A stretch of 64,000 nt of DNA from Ignavibacteriota bacterium (GTDB taxonomy: Bacteria > Bacteroidota > Ignavibacteria > Tepidaquicellales > OLB5). Positions 45,830 to 55,300 of this stretch are shown here, in pieces (within the stretch, counting starts at the first letter, position 1; each line of letters begins with the position of its first letter). Made by a program: the position numbers and the translations under genes. The stretch covers positions 8,861 through 72,860 of the forward strand of contig RPQH01000006.1 in assembly GCA_003820375.1 (NCBI GenBank). The letters run 5' to 3'. A model generated the notes under the pieces. The model made no database searches. It was not told where the DNA came from and worked only from the letters and a program-made list of their open reading frames with translations.

Positions 45830-47170
45830 TTAAAAGGATTTTTCTTCCTTTTGAAATTCCTTGCCGATTCCATTCAGTAAGGTTTGAAGTTTTATTTTTT
45901 TCTCTTTAACGGCAAAAGTCCTGATTGAAGCGTATTGCATTACATTAACTATCATCGCACCGGTTAGTTCATATTTAATGGCTATCTGCTCTAAATTAAT
46001 TTCTTCATCAAGCTTAAGTTGGAAAGGTATGCATTTATTCCAGAGCTGTAAACGGTCATTGGCGTCGGGTTTTGGGAAATGTACTATTGTATTAAATCTT
46101 CTTGTAAATGCTTCATCTATGTTTGATTTAAAATTAGATGCAAGTATTATCAAGCCCTGGAAGTCTTCCACTTTTTGAAGAAGGTAAGAAACTTCCTGGT
46201 TGGCATATTTATCATGTGCATTTGATACATTTGTGCGTTTGGCAAATAATGCATCAGCTTCATCAAAAAATAATATCCATTCCTTATTCGTTGCTTTATC
46301 AAAAACCTTATTTAGATTTTTTTCTGTTTCACCGATATATTTTGAAACAACTAAGGACAGGTCAATACGGTAAACCGGTTTATTGAATTCTTTTCCGAGC
46401 AGTGAAGCAGTAAGTGTTTTACCTGTACCGGGCGGACCATAAAATAATACCCTGTATCCGGGTTTAATTTTAGGAGAAAGATTTTTATCAGAATACAGCT
46501 TATCGTGATGTTCGAGCCAGTATTTGATATCACAAAGAAGGTCTGAAGTTTGCGTGTGTATTATAAGGTCTTTCCATTCCATTCTTGTTGTGAGCAGCTT
46601 AGCGGGGAAATCAGGACTGAAGGACGGACCGGGCATATTTCCTGTCAAGAAGAATTCTATCCATTCGGGAGCAAGCACCAACCTCCCACTCATAGCAGGT
46701 TCACCTTCCTTCATACTCTCGAGCCATAGGATACCATTTTTATGGAAGAAATGATTTTGAGAAAAGTATTGTTGAACCTCAATCCTTTTTTCAATATCAT
46801 TTCCTGCCAAAATAAACTGAACCGTTTCGCCTGTTGGCAGCATACCGCGATGATTACCGCTTTTAACACCACCGAACTCGGGAAAATCCCCTCCATCAGG
46901 TAAAAATTCCTGGATGATTGAATCAAAATAACCTGGAATAATATTTGGTATTAAAGCAAGCAGAAAAATAATTTTTTCATTTGAATCAAGTTCAAAACTA
47001 TCTATGTGAATGGAGTGTTCTTTAATAAAATAATTATTGTTAAAAATGTAATGCTCAGAATGATTTTCATTTTGTGCTAATTGAAAGTAATCTGCAAGCC
47101 TGTTCTTAATAATGCTTTTAAAGAGTTCTAATAATTGTGGTATGTTTTTATTCATGTATATTGTTTGCAT
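45830..47170 (-). CDS. eCIS-associated AAA+ ATPase (Afp15/Pvc15-like)
   Basis: 446 aa. A non-AAA N-terminal domain, then 'VLFYGPPGTGKT' (Walker A) and 'ILFFDEADALF' (Walker B). Its context is inside a contractile-injection locus. Confidence 0.8.
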   Translation of the reverse strand: MQTIYMNKNIPQLLELFKSIIKNRLADYFQLAQNENHSEHYIFNNNYFIKEHSIHIDSFELDSNEKIIFLLALIPNIIPGYFDSIIQEFLPDGGDFPEFGGVKSGNHRGMLPTGETVQFILAGNDIEKRIEVQQYFSQNHFFHKNGILWLESMKEGEPAMSGRLVLAPEWIEFFLTGNMPGPSFSPDFPAKLLTTRMEWKDLIIHTQTSDLLCDIKYWLEHHDKLYSDKNLSPKIKPGYRVLFYGPPGTGKTLTASLLGKEFNKPVYRIDLSLVVSKYIGETEKNLNKVFDKATNKEWILFFDEADALFAKRTNVSNAHDKYANQEVSYLLQKVEDFQGLIILASNFKSNIDEAFTRRFNTIVHFPKPDANDRLQLWNKCIPFQLKLDEEINLEQIAIKYELTGAMIVNVMQYASIRTFAVKEKKIKLQTLLNGIGKEFQKEEKSF

Positions 47171-47309
47171 ATAAATTATTTAGCCTTAATAATTTTAGGT
47201 TTATATAGAATGTAATTTTTTTGAAATCTTGATTTTTCACTTTTCTTTGATTAGTGACCGTTCTTTCATAATTTATGTAAGTAATAAAAAATAATAATTC
47301 TTGCATTAA

Positions 47310-47867
47310 CTATTTTGAAAATAGGATCAATGGTTTTGGATTTAAAAGTTTAGCTGTGCAAGTATCTATATCTGCACCGTCGTTTACTGTATATTTTAAC
47401 TCAACTTTATGCTTTGTGAAAATTGCACCACGATCCTTATATTTTTCCTTGGTAATTACTCCACTACCTTCGATTGTGAAATTGCTTACTTTACATAAAT
47501 CAATGGTGATAGTATCATTGGTTACACTTCCATATACCTTTTGACGGATACCATAAAAATTATCAAAACAAATCTTTGAACCTTCGTTCAAGCATGAAAC
47601 AACTACTTTATATGTAGAAGATCCATTTAAAGTGCTGTTTTCAAAACAAGTCAGTGGTCCCGTGACTTTTTCGCAAGGATTTTGCGGAATATTTTCGGAA
47701 TCTGCCTTTTCTTCTGCTTCCTGTTCATAAATATCATTTGGCTGATTTATTGTCAGCTTTGGCTGGAAAAATAATGAACTGCCATTATTCTTTTTGGCTT
47801 TTGAGAATAACTGCCCATAATTTTTTTGAGTTTTAAAAGAACCTATATGCTCAAAAATTGTGTTCAA
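47310..47867 (-). CDS. small Cys-containing protein carrying only the shared N-terminal leader motif (candidate eCIS cargo)
   Basis: 185 aa. Residues 33-53 read FFQPKLTINQPNDIYEQEAEE, followed by a beta-rich region of about 130 aa with 6 Cys. No DUF4157 core and no HExxH. Confidence 0.55.
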   Translation of the reverse strand: MNTIFEHIGSFKTQKNYGQLFSKAKKNNGSSLFFQPKLTINQPNDIYEQEAEEKADSENIPQNPCEKVTGPLTCFENSTLNGSSTYKVVVSCLNEGSKICFDNFYGIRQKVYGSVTNDTITIDLCKVSNFTIEGSGVITKEKYKDRGAIFTKHKVELKYTVNDGADIDTCTAKLLNPKPLILFSK

Positions 47868-47906
47868 ATATTTAAGCGGTCATACATGTTTAACTTTTTT
47901 GTTGTT

Positions 47907-49031
47907 TTATTTGCACTTTGAAGCATCACCTGATCCATAACCAAAGCATGACTTTTCACAAGCATCTGCTAAATTACCATGCCCAAATAAACGCCATTCT
48001 GTCAAATGAACTATCTCATGTAAAATTGTTGATGCAAGAGGACCACATAAATTATTATTCAGAGCATTAGGATAAATATTTACAGTTTGTGTCAAATATC
48101 TAGAAGCCATACCACAATCATCTCCTGATTGCTCACAATCAATGTTTAATCCATCAAATTCATTCAATACTTCGTCCTTTAAAGAATCGCTTCTAATGCA
48201 ATTACTATAAAACACCTTATTAAATGCGAGTTTTACAGCAGAAATTACATTGTCTTTTACATATGGATTCTTTTCACATTCATTATATGTAACATTGAAT
48301 GAATATAATTTAGTATGTAATGGTTGGGTAGGAACTGTGGGATTTGATAAGGAACGCCGGTAATCGCGATTAAGCAATCCACCATATCCTCCGCCCTGTC
48401 CTAATGGTGTAATAAGTTGGCGTTGTAGATACTCTAAAGGTTTATTAGTTTGCTGCACAACATGTGTCAACTCGTGTCCTATCAGCTTTTTCCCGGTATT
48501 AGTCTCAGGTGCATACTGCTTCTCACCAAACACTATATTATTACCTGAAGTATATGCCAGTGCATTAATACTTTGTGCAGATTTCTCTGCTTCTGAACCT
48601 GTATGTACCCTCACATTAGAAAAATCATATCCAAATCTTGGCTCAAAAAAACTGCGTGTGGATGAGTCAAGTGATTTACCTGATGATGAATTTAATACAT
48701 CATGTACAATTTGCGGAGCTGTTGATGCTTCAATGCTTCCAGCTTCTTTTCTCTGCAGTTTTTCTTTTTCCTCTTTACACAGATTACATTTTCTCTGAAT
48801 AGAACTATTTGCAGGTTTAAAGAAAGTATTTCTATTAACATCTTTATCTGTCATTCTCATTACTTTATCAGCCATTGCATCTGCTTCCTGCTCATAAATG
48901 TCATTAGGTTGACTTACTTTTAGCTTGGGCTGAAAAAACGAAGTATTATCTATACTCCTGTTATTTTTAGAGCATTTTAAACAACATTTTTTTGGATCAA
49001 CTGGTACTAATATTTTAGTTGCAACTTGCAT
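47907..49031 (-). CDS. DUF4157 ('eCIS core domain') metalloprotease-like protein with a second C-terminal HExxH domain (candidate effector)
   Basis: 374 aa. Leader FFQPKLKVSQPNDIYEQEAD. DUF4157-type block 'SGKSLDSSTRSFFEPRFGYDFSNVRVHTG..A..SAQSINALAYTSGNNIVFG...GKKLIGHELTHVVQQ'. C-terminal Cys-rich domain with 'ILHEIVHLTEW'. Confidence 0.8.
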   Translation of the reverse strand: MQVATKILVPVDPKKCCLKCSKNNRSIDNTSFFQPKLKVSQPNDIYEQEADAMADKVMRMTDKDVNRNTFFKPANSSIQRKCNLCKEEKEKLQRKEAGSIEASTAPQIVHDVLNSSSGKSLDSSTRSFFEPRFGYDFSNVRVHTGSEAEKSAQSINALAYTSGNNIVFGEKQYAPETNTGKKLIGHELTHVVQQTNKPLEYLQRQLITPLGQGGGYGGLLNRDYRRSLSNPTVPTQPLHTKLYSFNVTYNECEKNPYVKDNVISAVKLAFNKVFYSNCIRSDSLKDEVLNEFDGLNIDCEQSGDDCGMASRYLTQTVNIYPNALNNNLCGPLASTILHEIVHLTEWRLFGHGNLADACEKSCFGYGSGDASKCK

Positions 49032-49115
49032 AAGTTTTAAAACCTTACTAAAATTTCTTATTTTAGATTGTCAATTATTATTGTGATGAATAAGTATATT
49101 AAATCACATAAAAAA

Positions 49116-50279
49116 TTATATCACTCCGAATGAAATTTCAGGAAGTATTGTAATATTATCTAAGTTTACTCCCGGTATATCCATTTCATTTGTATAAATA
49201 TAATTCGCAATTAAATTATTGTTAGCATCAAAAAATGCCTGATCATAATACCAGGGTGCTACTATTGTTAATACGTTTGGTCCCTTTCCTTGAAAAGAAA
49301 CTGCTAATAGCTCATTATGTAAAGCATTATATTTATATTTTCCGTACCAATTATGAACATTAACGGTTTTTCCCCTTATCCTTTCTTTCATAGTGATTCC
49401 TACATAACCTCTTGCAAATCCTGAAGATGCTCCAAAAATCAAAGAAGCTAATTGTGATAATCCCAACCTCTTCCCTAATACCGTTGTTGCAACTCCAGCA
49501 AGTGCTGAAACTAAACCTGTACCAATAGCATCTCTTTTCCAATCAGTATTAAAATTTTTTACTGAACTTAAATCAACATTTGCATATTGAATTAAGCACG
49601 TTGAGTCATACGAGGCTATACGAATAAAAGGATTATACCAATTTACTGCTTCGTCCCCACAAGATCTAAAAATGGCATTAACAACTACTTTATTCTGCTG
49701 TAAAACATGTGTCAATTCATGAGCAATCAATTTCTTCCCAGTATTTGTTTCTGGTGCATACTGCCTATCCCCAAACACTATGTTATTTCCAGATGTATAA
49801 GCTAGTGCATTAATTGATTGTGCAGACTTTGCAGCTTCAGAACCTGTATGTACTTTTACATTAGAGAAATTATATCCAAATCTTGGCTCAAAAAAACTGC
49901 GTGTAGACGAATCAAGTGATTTACCTGATGATGAACTCAATACGTCATGCACTATTTGCGGAGCTGTTGTTGATTCACTGCTGCCTGATTCTTTCCTTTG
50001 CAGCTTTTCTTTTTCTTCCTTACATAAATTGCATTTCCTTTGTATTGAATTACCGGAAGGTTTAAAGAAAGTATTTTGATTATTAACATCTTTATCTGTC
50101 ATCCTCATCACTTTATCAGCCATTAAGTCTGCTTCCTGCTCATAAATGTCATTAGGTTGATTTACCTGTAGCTTCGGCTGAAAAAAATATGGATTACTAT
50201 TCTCTTTTGTGCGAGAGAATAATATTGAATTATTCTTGCTTGATTTTTCAGGATCTATGTGTTTAGTTACAGTTTCCAT
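49116..50279 (-). CDS. DUF4157 ('eCIS core domain') protein with an unrelated C-terminal domain (candidate effector)
   Basis: 387 aa. Residues 32-195 are nearly identical to the 47907-49031 product, including 'LIAHELTHVLQQ'. The C-terminal 190 aa or so are unrelated and contain a hydrophobic Gly/Ala-rich stretch (GTGLVSALAGVATTVLG...LIFGASSGFA). Confidence 0.8.
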   Translation of the reverse strand: METVTKHIDPEKSSKNNSILFSRTKENSNPYFFQPKLQVNQPNDIYEQEADLMADKVMRMTDKDVNNQNTFFKPSGNSIQRKCNLCKEEKEKLQRKESGSSESTTAPQIVHDVLSSSSGKSLDSSTRSFFEPRFGYNFSNVKVHTGSEAAKSAQSINALAYTSGNNIVFGDRQYAPETNTGKKLIAHELTHVLQQNKVVVNAIFRSCGDEAVNWYNPFIRIASYDSTCLIQYANVDLSSVKNFNTDWKRDAIGTGLVSALAGVATTVLGKRLGLSQLASLIFGASSGFARGYVGITMKERIRGKTVNVHNWYGKYKYNALHNELLAVSFQGKGPNVLTIVAPWYYDQAFFDANNNLIANYIYTNEMDIPGVNLDNITILPEISFGVI

Positions 50280-50338
50280 TTTTCTATTGTCTACCTTTAT
50301 TTTATAAATTTCAGGTGATTACAACAAATATTTTTATT

Positions 50339-50641
50339 TTATTTCCCGGCTTTTGCCATCAGCCAGCACATAATTATCCATTGGAAAGCACTAAACCAGG
50401 CAATAACCAGGGCTGTTAAAAAATAATCAAGCAGCCACCAGAATTCGAATAATTTCAACCGGTATATTGCAGTTAATGCAAAAGCCACCCAGAATCCCAG
50501 ACAATAACCGCAGTTTAGTAGCGAACCGATAAAAGTATTTTTACTTATAAACCATTCCCGTAAAGTTTTAAATAACTGTGATTCAGCTATTGTAAAGGAT
50601 ATTGCAGCATTAACAAATGAAATCAGAATTATTTCATTCAT
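50339..50641 (-). CDS. small integral membrane protein (DUF1360-like)
   Basis: 100 aa with three hydrophobic segments. 'LLNCGYCLGFWVAFAL' resembles the CxxC-W block of DUF1360 proteins. Confidence 0.45.
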   Translation of the reverse strand: MNEIILISFVNAAISFTIAESQLFKTLREWFISKNTFIGSLLNCGYCLGFWVAFALTAIYRLKLFEFWWLLDYFLTALVIAWFSAFQWIIMCWLMAKAGK

Positions 50642-50870
50642 TATAAATCATGTATATTTTTAAATGTCGTCAGCAGCCGGTGGAACAGTGAGCAACCGGT
50701 CTTAACATATATTTTTTTATCTGTATTTTAGTTCTCATTATTAAACGTCTTCCTTTCTTGTTAAATTTCTTAATTTTTGTGACCTAGGGGAATATTAGTA
50801 TATTAAAAAATAAAATTTCTAAAAACAAAATAATATCAAAAAATAGATTATGCAAAATGTATTTCTAGAC

Positions 50871-52337
50871 TTACCATTCAACAATTATATGTTTTTTCAT
50901 CCAAGGTAATTTTATATAAGAAAATCCCCAAGGCATTTTATCAATCAATATATCCCATCCTTTTTTTTCAACCTGAAGCAGCCAGTGATCATCTAAAAAT
51001 GATAATTTTCCATTTCTTTTGAGGAACGAATCTCTCAATCCGCTAGCTGTTGTATTTTTTAATGCTTTCCAATGCCCTATTACTGATAGAAGTAAGTCAT
51101 TTGTTTCGTTTTTTTCAAAATCACTTAATTTAATTACTGCAGGTAACGAGTTGTCAACTTCATATCCGCAGATTATCTTATTCAGTAACAGATCGAACTC
51201 CGGATACTCCTCCACTCCTGTAATTAAGTATTGCGTAAGTGCAATTGCTCTTTGCTGTAATTCAATATTTTGCCATTCGTTTTTTTCAGTATATCCACAA
51301 TTTTCGAAAAAGAGTGGTAAGAAAGAATGTAATATTACTAAACCACTATTTGAGATATACCAGCTATGCTCATCGCTCGATGTCTTACTCTGCTTTTCAT
51401 GGGCTTTGTTTTTTCCAAAATCAGCTGTTGTCAAATCTTTTTTCCCGGTTGTAATTCTGTGTTCCTGAATGTATTTAGAGCTTTTTTTGATAACATCTGC
51501 TGTTTCTTTACTGAGTTTATTTGAATTATTTTCAGTGTATAAAATAATCTGCTCTATTTCCTGCAAAGAAAGGTTGGAGATAATGTTCTGACCAAACGCC
51601 TGTTTAATTTCTGTTTGAACATCCTCTTTATTTTCCAGCTTATCACTCAACAGCTCGAAAATTTCTATAGCAGTCTTAAAAATTAACCCGGTTATTTTTG
51701 TATCACTATATTTCAAATATCTTAATATTTTTTTCCAATCGGATAAAGTTTTTATCTCAATTTTATTATCAAAAAGTCTCAAAATAAACTCCTCAACTAT
51801 ATTGTCTCCAAATTGGAAAATAAATCTATCACGAACTTTTTGCTCAGATTTAAATAGTGTGAAAAGTTTGTTAAAAAAACCTTCATCATGTTTTTCAATT
51901 ACCTTAATAATCAATTTCTGTAATTCAGTAATATCTATATTAGATCTACTCCATGGCAAATCTCCTGTTTTGAGAAAATGTAAGATAGTATGTTCATCAT
52001 TTAACTTCTGCGCAACGAATTTAATATTAGCTATAGGATTAAGCATATTCGACGTGCAGGAAATTTTATCAAGATAGCGTTCAAATTCATAAATGACCTT
52101 ATCAACTAATCCATTCTTCCAGTTAGAATAATTAATTACTCCTGCGTCAATTTCCAATTTTTCTATTTGAATAATATTTTCGCCGAAGTTTTTCCTATTA
52201 AATAAATTTTCTATTGCCGGAATTAAAACTTGTTTGCATAAATCTGCCAATTCATTTTGAAATGAAAAAGCATCTATAGAATTTTGCATTTCTACTTCTA
52301 AAATTTCTTTACCAATTTTATGAACCTGAACCGTCAT
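50871..52337 (-). CDS. contractile-injection-system tape-measure-like protein (Afp14 position)
   Basis: 488 aa. The N-terminal pattern 'ILEVEM.....AF..Q.EL........L.PA.E.....K.......IQIEKLEIDAGVI' matches my recollection of proteins annotated as CIS tape measure. Overlaps the upstream gene by 4 nt. The assignment rests partly on position. Confidence 0.5.
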   Translation of the reverse strand: MTVQVHKIGKEILEVEMQNSIDAFSFQNELADLCKQVLIPAIENLFNRKNFGENIIQIEKLEIDAGVINYSNWKNGLVDKVIYEFERYLDKISCTSNMLNPIANIKFVAQKLNDEHTILHFLKTGDLPWSRSNIDITELQKLIIKVIEKHDEGFFNKLFTLFKSEQKVRDRFIFQFGDNIVEEFILRLFDNKIEIKTLSDWKKILRYLKYSDTKITGLIFKTAIEIFELLSDKLENKEDVQTEIKQAFGQNIISNLSLQEIEQIILYTENNSNKLSKETADVIKKSSKYIQEHRITTGKKDLTTADFGKNKAHEKQSKTSSDEHSWYISNSGLVILHSFLPLFFENCGYTEKNEWQNIELQQRAIALTQYLITGVEEYPEFDLLLNKIICGYEVDNSLPAVIKLSDFEKNETNDLLLSVIGHWKALKNTTASGLRDSFLKRNGKLSFLDDHWLLQVEKKGWDILIDKMPWGFSYIKLPWMKKHIIVEW

Positions 52338-55300
52338 GCTATAAAATGATTATCGAAAGTCATTCCGGTATTTTTTTTATTTTTGTAAATCTTATCAGAA
52401 ATAGTATATTTTACAGCAGAATTACATTTCTCATCGATATCATTTATAATTTCCAGTTCAACATTTATCGGCATTTTACCTGATGGAGGAGTAAGTTTGT
52501 TCTTCACAAAATCTACTTCAATATCTTTTGTATAAAAAGTAAGTTTTATTTTTCCCTGAATTATATTCCAATTAAATCCTGTTGCATATTTATTTTTGGC
52601 TGATAACATCAAATAGGAGTTTTGCCAACTACCTTCACGTGTTGTTGTATTTCTTATATCAGTTATTTCTTTTATTTCAATATTGAAATCAGCATTAGGA
52701 GACAAAATAATCAATGTAACTTCTTTTTCTTTTACCGAAGGAAGTGTATAGTTAATTAAGTACGAATATTGTTCCTTCTTATATGTCTTAACTAAATCAA
52801 TTTTTACTTTTATTGTATCAATTATTTCTGCTTCTGATTTTAGAATATTAACAGGTTTTAAATTATCCGGTTCTAATACAAATATTTCTTGATTAATACA
52901 CTTCATAATTGTTAATTTTTCGACCGGTAATTTAAATTTTATTTCTTCTTCATATTTATCTTCACATTCTCTATTTTTAACTACTAATTGAATTACATTA
53001 CCTGTTTCGTTTGCTTTAAATTTAAAATTTTCAGGTGCAATAGAGCGGGAGAAAATTTTATTTTTGAAATACCATTCATAAGATGCACTTTCAATAGTAT
53101 CTGTCGAATTATTTATAAGCGATATCTCGACTTTTTCATTATCTGTTTTTTCAACTTTATAAGCAAAATTTGCTTTTGGTTTAGGAACTATTGTTATAGT
53201 TTTTGTATCAGAAATTCCCGAATTATTCTTAAATGCTATTTTATGCGTACCCGGTATTAGATTTCCCGGAATAAAATAAAAGTTTTCATTCTCATATCTG
53301 ATGTTTTCGTCTTTAGCAGAATTATCATCAACTAAAAAAGAACCTCCTTCCTTTGGATCTGTTTGCAATTTAATTCCAATTTTCGAATCACTGCATATGG
53401 TTTCTTTATCGATTTCAAGTGTTGGTTTGATGGCTTCCTCTTTATGTGTTTCCTGCAATATATAAGCAACCGGCTGGCAATCACTGCAGCAAACATAAGG
53501 AATATAAAAATCAGCAATCACCATTCCATCAGTTAATTCAAAACGCGATTCCCGGGGTGGCTTTTCTATAATATCAATTATTTTTTTCTTCTTTTCTTCC
53601 GGCAATTCTTTACAATCATCCATCATATTATTCATAGCATCCTTAAGCTTTAAATAAATGTCAGGATCTTTATATAGAGTTGCAATTTGAGTTAACCGGG
53701 TATTAAATTCCATCTCATCCGGCTTAACCTCGGGCTTAAGAAGTGCGTGGAAATTTGTTAGTAGTAAATTACCGAGTTCTTTATTTATATACAAAGTCCC
53801 GGGGTCAATTAACCTGTTTCTTCTTTCTTCATGATAAACAAGAATAAATGTTCCACCTTTAGGTACACCTGCTTTATGTTCCAGTCCGGGATGCTTCCTG
53901 AAATAGTTTATAAAGTTTTTTGCAAGACGGTATTGTGCGGTTCTCCTTATGTATTCGTTTTTTAACGATTCCAGTCTTTCTATAAAGCATGACTGGTTCA
54001 ATAATTGTATGTTCTTGACAAATATATTTAACAATCCTTGTTCTTCCTCATTTAGAGGTTGAACAGAAGTTTTGCTCATAATTAAAGGTATATAAAAGTC
54101 ATTTATCAGACGATGGTTAAAATTAATAGTTTCACTTAACTTCGCATACATGGATTTTATTAATGTGATATTAATTTCTGCGAGTTCGTGTTCAGTTAAT
54201 TCTTTTATTAAATCTTCAACATTGTCTATAAAATCAAAAAAGTAATGATATAATTTTAACCGGTCATTGCTAATATTGCTAAGATTAACCGGATTTTCAA
54301 AAACTTCTTTCAAATTCTCGGAATAATATTTCCCAATAGTAGTTTCCTGAGTTTGTCTGAATAATCTTTCAAATGTATTTCCTTTTTGGTAATTTTTTAA
54401 TGCCTGGTATTCATTAACCATTGAAGAAATATATGGTTTATTCACTTTAAAATTCAGAGCATTATTCATTGAATGAAAAATAAATATATCTATATTTTCT
54501 TTTGCCGCAGAAGGGTCACTTTCAGACTTGGCAGTTGAAGTATCAGAATTTAATACAGGAGGATTAAATACATAACTTATTTGTGGCTCATATTTTATAT
54601 TTGCAACAAAACTGTAGGCATCATGGATTTTGCAGATAAATTCTGTAATCAGAGTACGGTAATCACTTTCTAAATCTTCGATCACACATTTCGGTTCTTC
54701 TCCTTTAACTAACGCACCAATATAATCGGCACTTAAAGCAGCAGTTTCAAATGGCAAATTAAACTGCAACTGTAGTGATTTTACTACATTTAATGCCGTT
54801 GAAATATATTTGCCGATATGCCCTTCGATTCTGAAAAAATTAAATCGCTCTAAATCATAGAGCAGAGGACTTACTATATTAGGAGCTGTGCAATAAATTG
54901 AAGAATAATAACTCAAATTAAACCTCTCATTGCCGCGTTTAATTTTATCATAATTCCAATATCGGTATAGTTCATTGCCCGGGTCAACAGTGTTGTAATA
55001 ATAAGGGATACAGCGATCGGATAAATAAGTGTAGCCGTTCCGGCTTGGTGTAATTTTAACAAATTTCTTCTCGAAATCTGCAATAGAATCAAATGAAACT
55101 TCCTGTATAAGCAAGCGTATTCTGGTAAAAAGCAGTCGTACTTCCTCAAGCTTTTCTTCTTGATTATTATATAAGGGGGTATAAATAAAATATTCACGGT
55201 ATTTGCTCTTTATAAAAGGATTGGTGTTTACAGATGCCTCACCAAGCATCAGGTGTAATGGAAATCTCATTTCATCTGAGCAGCACCAGGAAGTGACGTG

